Below, piece after piece: positions 1-11,850 of a stretch of 64,000 bases of DNA. The position numbers were made by a program, and so were the translations under genes. The notes under the pieces were generated by a model that ran no database searches, had not been told where the DNA came from, and saw only the letters and a program-made list of their open reading frames with translations. Within the stretch, counting starts at the first letter, position 1; each line of letters starts with the position of its first letter. This DNA comes from Podarcis cretensis (Eukaryota): assembly GCA_951804945.1 (NCBI GenBank), contig OX638149.1, positions 87,172,001 through 87,236,000 on the forward strand. The letters run 5' to 3'.

Positions 1-44
1 ACACAAAACATTGTCCAGAGAAGTTGTCTGTTACTTTTGCTGCA

Positions 45-383
45 GCAAGCTAACACAAGAGCCTTGTGGCACTTTAAAAGATGAACGAATGTGTTCTGAT
101 GTAAGCTTTTGTGGACTACAGTCCATTTCATCAGATGCACAAAGTGTTATCCTGAGTCACATGGTGGCGGGAGACTGTAAATAATGAGGTCAGAGGGAAA
201 TGAAATCCAGAAAACAGAGGCAGTGACAATCATATAATTAACAGTGGTCATTTACAATGATCACCGTAATTACACAATTATCACTGTCTCTATACTTTCT
301 GCATTTCATTTCCCTCTGACCTTACTGTTCACAATTCCGTACACACTACAACTGTCTGTGTGTGTATACCTGTTACTCAGGTA
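45..383 (-). mobile_element. Penelope-like element terminal (pLTR) fragment with fold-back duplication and decayed hammerhead motif
   Basis: 60-138 resembles the reptile Penelope-like end (gagtcttgtggcaccttaaagactaac...gcataagctttcgtgggct..agcccacttcatcagatgc, recalled consensus). 175-252 and 256-334 are reverse complements of each other. Confidence 0.7.
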
Positions 384-384
384 C

Positions 385-1054
385 TGTCTTTAGCCCCATG
401 GAGATGATATGAAGGGGATGGTCAGATCCTGAGGAGGAATGGGGAGAGCTCAGGGTCTTGGAGCTAGTAGGATGAAGGAGGTGAAATTGGGACCCCAAGA
501 ATTCTCCAAGCCCAAGGAGGAGGCCAGTAGTCCAGGAGTGGAGTGCTGGATCCAGGGGAGGGACCAAGCAGGTTGACAGAGGAATGTTCCACCCATGTGA
601 AATCAGACATCCCATGTCAGATACTTCCTGCTGTAGAGCTGCCTGTGGCACCTCCTCCAGTTAGTGAGGAATCTCCTCCTTGAACAGAGGCGACTGAGAA
701 TAAACTGGATGCTGAGTGGCACCAACACCACCTTCATCTCCAAGGACATGGAGACACCAGTGCCTCACAGATCCACCCCACTCAAAAGAGGGTGTGTTTG
801 GCTTCCCTGTCCCAAGACTCTGGCCACTTGCCACTCTAAGAGTTGTACCCACCTGGCACTTCAAAAGGAAGGTGCTGGGTGCATGTTGCCTGTTGAATCT
901 ATGTCTTAGCTTACGCTTAGCCATGTGCCTCTTATGGACTAGCTGCACCTTGTACCTATGAACCAATTTAATTCATGCATTAAAGCCCTTGGCAGCAATA
1001 GAGCTGGGGGTTTGAGTTCTTTACTTGGCATTGAGAGTCAGGGCACACATCACA
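385..1054 (+). mobile_element. Possible solo LTR (Gypsy/ERV-like)
   Basis: Begins TGT..GCCC, ends GGGC..ACA, ATTAAA near 979, and interrupts the Penelope fold-back. No matching TSD seen. Confidence 0.3.
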
Positions 1055-1176
1055 TGTGGGGAGGTGGTAGTTGTGCTTAGCTCCTGCTTGTGGCCTTCCC
1101 ATGGGGCATCTGTTTGGCTACTGTGAGAACAGGATGCTAGGCTAACTGAGCCTGATCTGGCAAGGCTCTTCTTATG
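1055..1176 (+). mobile_element. CR1 LINE 3' UTR fragment
   Basis: ggcatctgtttggctactgtgagaacaggatgct...gcctgatctggcaaggctcttcttatg is the typical squamate CR1 3' end. Related copies at 31625 and 48410. Confidence 0.75.
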
Positions 1177-3261
1177 CCAGAGTTCTATCCACAGATCAGA
1201 AACCCTGGGGGGATTTAATTTCCAGCTTGGGGTAGGGGCAGGGAAGGAAGTGGGGCCTTGTGGGTTAGAGTATCAAACCAGGCCAGGGCTCCAGGGCTCT
1301 CGCTCTTCTCTTTCTAGGAAGATGGGATGCAGAGGCCCTGGCTGTGAATTAAGCCCCCCATGAAGTGAGTGCAGGTAAGGTTTACATTAAATGGAAAAAC
1401 AAATTATGAATCGTAGGAGCAGGCCAATGCGGCGCAGCACGAAGCTGTCTGTCAGGGGCCGGCACCTCATGAATATTCAGTGCTCAAGTTCAGCACTAAA
1501 TCTCATTGGCATGTCAGGGACCATTAGCTAGACAAGGTGTGCTTGTGTGTATGTGTGTAGGTGGGAAAAGAGATAGAAAAGGGCAGCAAACTCTCATACA
1601 CTCAGGTAAAGAGAAGAGGCTTGATTTGAGGCCTACATGGGAATTACCCCAGGACAAACCAATGGCATCTGAAACTCCCCTTGCCAGACAGGTCTGTTGT
1701 GAGATAAGGGCAATGTCTAAACACTGGTAACATGTCACTACCTTGGTTTATAAAACACAACTGCCTTCAGCCAGATGGTCAACAAGACCAGCAGCAATCA
1801 ACTTTGGCTTAAAGGAGAGGACCTTCCTGGCTTCTACCATTCTCCCCCCACCTTTGGGCTACGTTCTCAAGTTGAAGCACACAACCATGGCAATTTCAAA
1901 GTCACCTTTCATAATAAGTCTCCAGTTCTGTGCATAGTTACTTGGGAGTTAGATCCCTTTGAAATCAGTAGGGCTTCCTTTAAGTCAGCAGGAACACGGT
2001 CAGGCTATTAGTTAAAATTAGGCTTCCCCAGTGCTTGTTCACTTCAGGGTTATCTGATCTGACAACTGGGTATTAGATTAGATGTTAAAACCCTCTGATT
2101 CCCAGATAATTACTCAGAACCCATGCCATGAAGAATTCCCTGTCAAGAATTTTTTAAAATAGAGCCATTTTTCCCCACAATAACTTTAACTTAACATGCA
2201 ACCATAAGTCAAAGGTTGATAATAGATTGAGCTGTTTTGATGTATTTCAGCACAATTTTGCTCTGGGGACACGTGGGTTACAAATTCAGTCGCTTTCCCC
2301 CTCACCCCCAGCAGATAGCAGCTCAGCATGCAAACAGTCACTAGTTAGCTGCTATTTGGGATATATCCCACCCAAATTAGCACAATTACATTTAGGGGGT
2401 GAAAGGTTCTATAGTATCTGCCACCAATGCATTCATGTAATTCCAGTACAGCCTACAGTCTCTAGGGAGCATAGACATGAGGGTGGGAGGCAGGAAGAGA
2501 TCTCCTGGAGCATCAGCTACAAAGGAGAACCTTAATGTTATACAACGGACAAAAGGTTATATTTGCATACATTTAAATAAGCCAATATATCCAGATTTGC
2601 AAAGCTATCGTAATTTTTGTCCCCTAGAACAGGTGGTGTACCAGAACCTGGCAAAATTCATTCCATACAGAAGTTCCATGAAGATTGTGCATCAGTTTGG
2701 TCCCTGCATGATTTGTTCTGTGTCAAAGGAAGACCCATTGCTGACTATAGTGAGATGCTTTCCCTTTCAGTAGGTATTGGGTTTCCCCGCATCTGACTGT
2801 TGCAATAAACAAAATTACTCCAGCTCAAATTCATTGCAATGCTGCCTATGGCCAATTCATGTATAAACAAAAATTTTATACATACAATGTTTCTCGGTTC
2901 TTTGGTAACTTAATGCATCAGCCACTCAGGCCAAAATTAAGCGAAGTCCTCCATGTACACCAGTTCTAAATGTGTCGAGCCTCCTAGTTTTTTTACATTT
3001 GTTTAGCCCCAAGTAGTACAACAGGAGCAGTGCACACATGCACACGCACACAATAAGAGAGGAAGATAAAGTATGCAGGCACAGAAAGGGGTTCCCCCCC
3101 CCCCACTCGGGTAAACAACAGATGGGGGAGGAGATTTTCATCAGGAAAAGGGACTGGTGGGGGGAATCACTCTCATCTAATTTTGCCTACAGAGAATAAC
3201 AAGCAGCAACAGCATCCCTGCTCAGAATATTTCCAATCCACATTAGAAGCCCAAGTCACTT

Positions 3262-3458
3262 GGGGAAGGGTCTTGCTGGGTGACAGAGCATCTCTTTTGC
3301 ATGTAGAAAGTCGAAAATTCAATGCCCAGCATTTCCCAGTAGGCATGGGAGAGACTCCTACCTGAAAACCAGGGCAGTTTGTTTTCCATTAGTGATGACA
3401 ATACCATCCTAGATGGATGAAAGCCCTCACCTGGTATAAGGAAGTTTCCTGTGTTCCT
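3262..3458 (+). mobile_element. tRNA-derived SINE (Squam3-like), degenerate
   Basis: Head ggggaaggg..agagcatctcttttgcatg, tail gtataaggaagtttcctgtgttcct; homologous to the 47819 copy. Confidence 0.7.
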
Positions 3459-4603
3459 TTGTCAAAGGAAGTGAAGAAGGGTAGGTGAGGGCCAGCCAGA
3501 ATCAAAATGCTTTAAGTGGGAGATTCCCCTTCCATCCCTTGAAATATGCACAAATACACCTCATCTATTTAAATGGATATATGCAAGTGTGCAATGGTTA
3601 GTGAACCTGCAAAGTCAAAGGATCAAGATATGCCGCCATTGTGGTGGAGGGATTGGGGTGTGCTGGAGTACAGGGATGCTGTTTGCAGGAGCTAGCAACC
3701 CCAACTCCTCAAAAGCTCAGGACTCGTGCTTGGGCAGCTGCTGCTAGCCATTCTTTTGTTCAGTCCCCCCCTCCCATGCATAGCATAAGCTGTGAGGTGC
3801 CCACAGGGGAAGGGTGCATTTCTGGGAGCAGCCTCCACCCCCAGCAGGCATGAAAAGGCTTGCCCTAAGGGAGCTTGCAGTCTGGCCAGCCACTTTGCTG
3901 AGGCAAAAGGAAAGAGTCCGCCAATTACACCGATATGTGTAAGCTCTTAATCCTTCTGAAGATTATCCCAAGGTCAGGGCGTCAGTGAATCCCCCAAAGC
4001 ACAGCCTATGGTGCTGCTGGCAGCTGGGCAAGGCTGATAACAGCCAGAGCTGGCTAGGGATCATGGAAGAAGCCTTGCTAAAGAATCAGCCCCACCATGC
4101 TGCTGGTCCCAACAGAGGCCTGCAGGAAACCAGGAGGCCTTCAAGCTGCCCAGGAGGGAATCTAGCTCTTGTTTTCCCCAGCACTCGCTGCCCAATGCGC
4201 ACATGCTTTGTAAAGGAGCCCAGTGCCTCCCTCCTCCTCCTCTTTCAGCTTGAGCCGGAAGACACCAGCATGTCAAACAGTCAAGTTCTTCAAGGGCAGA
4301 AAGAATTCAGAGAAGCCATCCATTCAACCCCTTTGCTCTGCCCATCTATGTTAGAAGTCCTCATTAACTGCATCGAGCCACTGCACAGGTTCTGCTCAGA
4401 AAAGTGCCCTTTCCAAACAGCCCCCAATCTGGATCTGCCCATTTCTCCAAAAGCAAGGTATGCTGGTGATAAAGGCTGCACTCCTCTGCAGAATGACTTA
4501 GACACAATGGGGTGTACTTTGGAGTAAACATGCATGATTAGGCTGTAAACCCCTTCCCTTTGGAAAATGGAGACCTGGATTGTAACTGGTGAAGGTCTAG
4601 GGC

Positions 4604-4719
4604 CAGCCTTTTCCATCCTGGTACCCTCCAGATGCTTTGAACTACAACTCCTACGCTGGCTAGGGTTGATGGGAATTGTAACTGAAATCACCTGGAGGGC
4701 ACCAGGTTGGGGAACTGTG
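4604..4719. mobile_element. Palindromic hAT-like MITE (ggactacaactccc family)
   Basis: Internal inverted repeat ccctccagatg..actacaactcc / gggaattgtaact..cacctggaggg. Further copies at ~5600-5730, 7010-7090, 12075-12235, 26590-26680, 30030-30140, 34255-34360, 36095-36195, 59330-59480. Confidence 0.7.
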
Positions 4720-5800
4720 GCCTAAGCTTCACTCTCAGCCCCTGCTTCCTCCTCTACTGCCTCCTCCTGCTTCATAAAAGAGTCCTCTCTGGAGCTCTTA
4801 TATACAACTACTATTATAAAACTGAAGAGCATCTGTGGCACTTCCTTCGTTCAGTGGCCGGGTGTGCAATTTTCAGAGCGGTAAGCCAAGAGAGCATTAA
4901 AACTCCATGCATAACAATCTGCATCTGAAAGGTAGCCTTCCATCCCACAGAGAACCCTGTTACAACCCAGGAGTTTTGTCTCCTGAAAATTGCCCACTTC
5001 CTGGTACGAGAGCATCAAAGTCCTTGAACGACAAAAAGGCCAGCCTGATAAGCGTTTCTTGATGGCCAAAGAAAGAACGCTGATTACCTAATTAATGAGT
5101 CTGTTCCTTCTGAGGAAGTTGTACAAAGCCTTCTGCACAATCTGAGCCCTGCCAAAGCTAGGCTGGGAAGGGGAATACATATTCCGAAGTCTGTTATCAT
5201 TGTTATACTTAACTGCCTGTGATAAAGTTCAAAAAACACCTCACTTTTGTCAAGAAAAACTGGTTGAAAACTCTTAAGCTCCATTATCACTGGCCCTCAA
5301 CCCATGCGGGGTGCAGCAGAGGGAGGCGTTTTAAAAATAGGAAGTTTTGCTAAGGGCCAGGCCTGGGTTATGGACAAATCTGATTCTTTTAACAGGCACA
5401 CCACATCTGTCTGGGATGCTACTTGTTACACAATTCTAGCTTAGGGAATATTTGTGTATATTAATTGTCACTAAAAGTAGTATAGGTGTGTAGCAATTGT
5501 TTCCTATACAGTTTTGCATTTGCCTTAGAAATTCAAATATTAAGCCCTGGTGCTAAAAACCATGACACATTACAGTGATGCAGAGTGTATATTCTGAAGG
5601 ATGGGGGAACCAGTGGCTTTCCAGACAGTGATGGGACTCCCAACTCCCTTCCGCCCCTGCCAACATGGCCAGATATGGGAAGGGCTGTTGTCCAACATTA
5701 TCTGGAAGGTCACAGGTCCCTCACCACTGCTCTAAAATGCAAGTGTTTATTGCATATTTCTAAAAGGGAGAAAACCCAAAGATCCTGCTGTAGCCCAAGT

Positions 5801-6132
5801 CAGAGGGGTGGACAACCTCTGGCCTGTGGGCCAAAAGCTGCCCCATTGTCTCTATATTTAGCCCTTGAGACTTTCCAAGCAAAGTGACTCACCAGCCCTA
5901 CTGCCTGTCCTCCTCAGGTGCTTCTGCCCGATTGGAACATGTCCTTGAATGAAGATCATGTTTCTTGTTTGCCAGAATGGAGGTGGAGGTGAGTTTAGAA
6001 GGTAGATTACTGTACAAATTTAGAAGAAGTCGCATCGGTTGCTTTGCCTACTTTTGTCTCCGGCCCCATGCAACGCTGGCAGGCCAACCCCAGGTGGCTG
6101 TCCATTAGGCTGCAAAGGGTTCCCCACCCCTG
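5801..6132 (+). mobile_element. Non-autonomous hAT-like DNA transposon
   Basis: Termini cagaggggtggacaacc / ggttccccacccctg; internal similarity to 35325-35700 and to the partial copy starting at 11918. Confidence 0.65.
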
Positions 6133-7832
6133 GCGCACACAGCCTTCTTGTAGGTAACCCGGTGAATGGCGTGGCATAAATACAGCAAATACGAACAATC
6201 TCATCAAACTCTGGATAAAAAGAGATGACAAGAAGCGGCAGGCTACCCTAAAGGATTAAGATCCAATTCACTCAGGCTTCTTAGCCCCCCTCAGCTGCAT
6301 TTACCCATTACGGGCAGACCTGAGGCTAAACAGTAAGATCGAGGGCTCTACAGTAAGATCAGGCAGCATCTTGTGGCAGTAAGTAGTTTGTTCCCTCCAA
6401 CTTCTCCTTTGATTTCCCCCTGAAAACAGACCTCCTTTGTGTAAGGTGTCCTTTACATATTTTTACCTCGGATTTTTTGACAACGCTTTGGCACCGCTAT
6501 AGATGGATAGATAGCTGCTGTCACCTCCTACTCTTTGAGAGCTTTTACCAGCAACACCTGAGGGAAAAGCAGCACCAGGGTTATTAATAACTGAGGAGGG
6601 GGCTGGCTTCATTTGACTCTGAAACTGCTGTGGTGCTGAATCGCTCTTTTAAAATCTGCTTTTAATCAGAGAGAAAAGAAAAGAAGTTTGAACAATTAAG
6701 AGTAATGAGGAGCTTTAAAAAATAGCTCTGGGAAAATTAGCTGTGCTTTTTACTGCACTTGGAACATTTAAGGAGCTATGTTAATGTGGAATAAAAATCT
6801 GTGTGTGCCGTTTGCGTGTTCTCAGAGAACACAGTGGGGTCTCAGAGAATCAGAGCACTCATGGTCTGGGAGTGTGGAAGGAAGCTACTCACAAGGATCT
6901 CAGTTTTTGCATGTGTGTGGCCAGTCGTGGGCAAGGGGAGAGGAACAAAAGGAACCGGCTAAGGCCTTGCCCACTATTGCTCAGGAACATGACTGACAGT
7001 TACTTTTAACGCAGGGATGGGCAATGCAGTGTGGCTTTCCAGATGTTGCTGGACTACAACTCCCATCATTCCTGATTATTGGCAATTTTGTCCTCTGAGG
7101 AAACCAAAAAGCAACCCACCTTTTAGTAATCATTGTACTTGAAATGGAGAGGGGTGGAGATAGGCAGTGAGTGGGCAATGCCTGACACTTCAGAAGGCAG
7201 GAGAATCTCAGTTAGGGTTGCACAATTAGCCACTTCTTGCTCTCAGAGGCTTAGAGGGCCCCCAGGCCATAGGAGACATCCTTAAATTGTTCCAGGTAAT
7301 AACTGCTGGAGGACCAAGTGTCAAATCCCCAGTTGTTCTACTGGCTGTGGCAATGACCCATAGGGACAGGTTTATGGATAAGCATGGATCATGTCAGCAC
7401 ACTTGGACGTTCCAAAGGACTGGGAGATGGTGCGATTTATGTTCAGTATCATGTTCCACAGTGTTAATTCACCTTGGTGCAGAGATGACATTGTCCTGGC
7501 AGCTGAGGACTGACTGTAAATAAAGGTGTGGCAGTCAGAGAGTGTCGCAATGCCTGGAAGCATAGGCACACACATGTCTTCACACTCTCTAAACTAATAG
7601 CAGCCAGTAGTACTAACAAATGCTTATCACCTTGGCTTGTGTGCATGACAACATGGATCCACAGATGGCTTAAAGCTGACAGGGCAAGAAGCCTTTAAAA
7701 AAACCCCAGATGACAGATAGCTCTACTGAGCCCTACACTGACATTTAAATCAAAAGGTTCTGAGCCCAGTCAAAACACATTCTGAAAGTAGATGAGAGAG
7801 AAATTTGGGCAATTTCCTTGGGCAACTGACTA

Positions 7833-8058
7833 CAGTGGTACCTCAGGTTACATAGGCTTCAGGTTACAGACTCCACTAACCCAGAAATAATGCTTCAGGT
7901 TAAGAACTTTGCTTCAGGATAAGAACAGAAATCGTGCGGCGGCGGCATGGCGGCAGCAGGAGGCCCCATTAGCTAAAGTGGTACTTCAGGTTAAGAACAG
8001 TTTCAGGTTAAGAATGGACCTCCAGAACAAATTAAGTACTTAACCCGAGGTACCACTG
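7833..8058 (+). mobile_element. Tigger/pogo-like MITE, copy 1
   Basis: TIRs CAGTGGTACCTCAGGTTA / TAACCCGAGGTACCACTG, preceded by TA; internal cttcaggttaagaac repeats. Confidence 0.85.
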
Positions 8059-11000
8059 CATATCCATGTATAGAGGTCTGCCTTAAATCTCCATCACATC
8101 TGCACATCCCATGTAGGGAGGCAGTCACTGCTTCAAGCTGAAGACAAGACTTGGATCTCTCCAACTGGGCACCTCCCTCACCCTCCCTGAACCATTCAAA
8201 GGTTAGGTGGATGTATTTTCGGCCAAAGGGGTCCATATTCTGCCTCTATGAGACACAGGGCTCTGGTGCTTGTGACTGACTTTGCTACATGCGAGCAACC
8301 AAGTCCCCTTTCTACCTTATAGACCAGAGCAGATAATATGCTGCTTCAGCTCCCATTGCCTTCTTGCCCTAGCACTGAAATGTGCCCTTAGCCTTGAATT
8401 TTTCCAGCCTCTCCCCAGTGTGCTGTACTCGCCCCTCTTTTTACGTCTGGTATTCCTGTCTTATTATGCATTCTATGTTTTACAGTTAGCATCAGGCTGT
8501 GAGCTTATGAGACAGAGAGATGGAAGAGGAGAGGCCACAGCAGGAGACTAAGATGCTTGGAGACTCAAGTGTGCTCCAGTGACCCTACACAAAGAATAGC
8601 AAAATTGAGAAGTGGTTTGGTGGGAAATGTAAGAGGTTCCACCAATTTTTTTAAAAAAATAATTAGCACATCTAGAATATTGGAGGAGAGAACAACCATG
8701 CAGGCTGTGCTGAACTTTTGCCTCTATTGGAATCTTCACACAGCTTCATCAGACTTATTGTGCAAGGCCCAACTCCATGTTGCTTGTTCTCATGATGATG
8801 CTAGGCAGGATTATGTGTGTTCATTTTTTCTATCTAGCTCAGGGGAGCTGCATGATAATGATGATGATATACAGTTCACCAAATTTAGCACAGGCACCTT
8901 TTTTCATTGAATACCACATGAAGGCACCCATGGTCCTGATACCATGAGGAACTGACCAGAAGAGTAGAGGGTGTGGAGGGGAACAAAGCTTGACAGAGCG
9001 ATTGCAAATACTCAGGAAGGAAATGGATAATGGGATTAGATGGCTGGAGGGATGTTGGAGGAAGGTTTATGATGGGACCTTGTAACAGGAGGGGAAAGTA
9101 GACTGTAAAATGGAGCCATACTTGACTGCAGTTTAGAGATCAGGGGCAGACAGACCCCTCAGAAGGATGCAACTGTCTGGGAATCAAATCCCACTTCCAA
9201 AACCAATTGAAAATGTGAGCCTCTGCACAAGGTGAACTTCAGGCTGCTGTCAAGTGATAAAATTAATTCAAAATGCCCACTTTCATCCTGGGCATTTGAA
9301 TCCTCAATAAAAGAGAATCCTTTCGGAAACTACAACTCAGACAGCACCCTGTTGAAATAGGAGAACATGTAAAACTGTTATATTTCAAGACAGAATAGGT
9401 TGCTTCCACACTAGAATCCTCTTCCACACTTGAGTCCTTTAACCCTACAGAGGAAATTCCTTTTCTGATTATGTCTTTTACTGACATAGCCTCTCACTTT
9501 TAAAAAAATCTGTGTTTTAACCTTGGGATTTCAATGTGTTGTGTTTTCTTGTATTTATTTTGCTTATGCTTTTATAGTTCTGTGTCTTGTTTTCTTATTT
9601 GTTTGCAGTAAGCTGCCCAAAGAACTTTGTTATGGGGCAATTTACAAATGCCATTCATACAATTAAATAAACAATATTTGCTGAAAGCTGAACCAAAAAC
9701 AGGCGTTCCAGATAAGCATTATAATCTAGCAATTCCTTTCCCCAACAGCGAAGGCCTATCACTAATCCCACCCACCCACTTCCACACATGTTCATCAGGA
9801 AGCAACAAAAGGGGTTTAACATGCAAACCAGAAGTGTCTAATTAAATGCAAAGGGGACCAGAAGAAACCTAATAATGCTTTGCCAGTCCACATTCGAATT
9901 GGATTTTGTTACCCTTCCTCCACACCAAACACAGAAAATCAGGTCTAAAAAACACAGCTGAGAATTACAGAAAAACACTGGAATGCTATGGGATGAGAAG
10001 ACATGACTGATGGGATGCTCAATAGAAGGTGAGCAAGAAAGGAATGGCATTTCCAGAGAAAATGGCTAGTGTGGAAGTAACTATATTTGTCAAAGCATAT
10101 TGGGCATTTCCATTTAATAGGCACTCCATGAGTCACTGGTTTGAGTCTCTTTTTGCTTCCTTGGCCTTTCTTCTTCTACTTCTTCAGAGCTGCCCTGTTT
10201 TCCTTTCCACCCCTGTTCAGGTTGTTGCCATCTCTTTAACTGCTGTTGCTATGACCTCCCCCAGCTGCACAGTGATGACAACCCCTCTCCCAGGGGGTTT
10301 GCAGGGAAAGGATATGCAGCAGCTGGATAATTTTCCAGCTAAGTGTGCAGTAAACCGCACAGATGGGTTATTGGAGCACGCAGCACAGGGAACAATGTGG
10401 CAACCACAAGCGTTAACTCCTCAGCGCAGCAGAAAAGTATTCGATGCAATTCGTATGGTAATAATGTTGGCACTAATGATAACTGGTCCCGTTCTACGCC
10501 TGGAACCGTGGATGATCCACAGTCATTGGTGGAATTCCCGCCCCCTCCCACACAATGTTCTGCTGCTCCTTTCCTCACCCACCCCACATGGATCCACAGC
10601 TACAGATTTCATGTGAATGTTCAGTGCCGATTTGCATAAATCTGCATCTGGTTTTCCATGGAAATCTATGCAAATTTAAATAGACCACTGGCAAAGACTA
10701 AAGCTGGATTTAAAATGCAAACTGGGGAAACTGGAACCAGACCCATGGTTAACCCCCTCCCCACAAAAGACTACCTTGCATGCAACCGGTCTAGAATAAA
10801 ACTAAAAATACCTGAGGAATTTGTTTAACAGATAATTTCAGAAAGCAAGCAAAAGAAAATAAAAAAAACCCAAGCACTGCATGCTTTGGTCAAAGTCTCT
10901 TGGATTTACAGTGGGTACCAACATCTAAGAACTGAAGCAAAACGCATGAGGTTCCCCGTGGAACTTTTGAGGATTCCTCATTACGAACAAACTCTTACTG

Positions 11001-11241
11001 GAATAAAAGGGAATGTGCTGATAGTTAGTAGGTTAGTAGAAATCTGAAGCTTTCCCACATCTTTGGAATTTTGCCCTTAGTTCTTCTTGACAACTCAACC
11101 CCTTGACCCAAATCCCCAACGAAAACAAAGCCTCTTCTTCCTCCTACTTTTCATTACCCTTGATATTCCCTTCCTGTCCCCTTTGCTTGCTCCCCAAAAA
11201 GAGATTATAACTGCACCCTTCGATTCTCCTGCTGCACTGGA

Positions 11242-11482
11242 CAATGTACCTTGGGTTAAGAACTTAATTCGTTCAGGAGGTCCGTTCTTAACCTGAAACT
11301 GTTCTTAACCTGAAGCACCACTTTAGCTAATGGGGCCTCCTGCTGCTGCCGTGCTGCTGGAGCACGATTTCTGTTCTCATCCAGAAGCAAAGTTCTTAAC
11401 CCGAGGTACTATTTCTGGGTTAGCGGAGCCTGTAACCTGAAGCCTATGTAACCTGAAGCGTATATAACCCGAGGTACCACTG
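11242..11482 (-). mobile_element. Tigger/pogo-like MITE, copy 2 (inverted relative to copy 1)
   Basis: Closely matches the reverse complement of 7833-8058; ends ...taacccgaggtaccactg followed by TA. Confidence 0.85.
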
Positions 11483-11494
11483 TACTGAACTTAG

Positions 11495-11850
11495 TATTGT
11501 TTATTAATTTATATACCACTTTTATGCAAAATTAACTTACAAGTATAAAAACCAATTACACAAGTGTTAAAATATAAACATCCATAATTAAAACATGCAA
11601 TAAAACTATCTCATTAAAACAACACAGTAATTAGGAGGAGGAGGGGAAATATGGAAAGTTGTTAGAGAAATATTGTTAGAGGATGTATACATAGAAAAAC
11701 CAATAAAAATATTAAAACAACAACACAATAATTAAAAAAGGAGAGGCAGGTCAAGAGATCAAGCGAATGTCATTGTAAACAGGCGTGTCTTCAAAAGATG
11801 ACAGAATGCCAGTGCAGACGAGGCCTCTTGTACTTCAGCAGGGAGCTGTA
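11495..11850 (-). mobile_element. L2 LINE 3' end fragment containing a short TSD-flanked insertion (11634-11719)
   Basis: AT-rich tail plus aaacaggcgtgtcttcaaaag..gaggcctc..cagcagggagctg, as in L2 3' ends. The insert is flanked by acaacacagtaatta / acaacacaataatta. Confidence 0.55.

Noticed and set aside
3985-4527. 180-aa ORF (also 13419-13961 and 46737-47072)
   Set aside because: No domain or splice-consistent structure that I can recognise.
6624-6640. RE1 left half-site on the minus strand (others near 37754 and 43702; a right half-site at ~20468 in L2)
   Set aside because: Partner half-site missing or heavily mismatched.
7833-8058. Regularly repeated cttcaggtta units resembling a CRISPR-like array
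   Set aside because: Subterminal repeats of a Tigger-like MITE in a vertebrate genome; no spacer structure and no cas genes.
10029-10616. 195-aa ORF and overlapping ORFs
   Set aside because: Non-ATG start and no recognisable domain; better explained as non-coding, CNE-like sequence.
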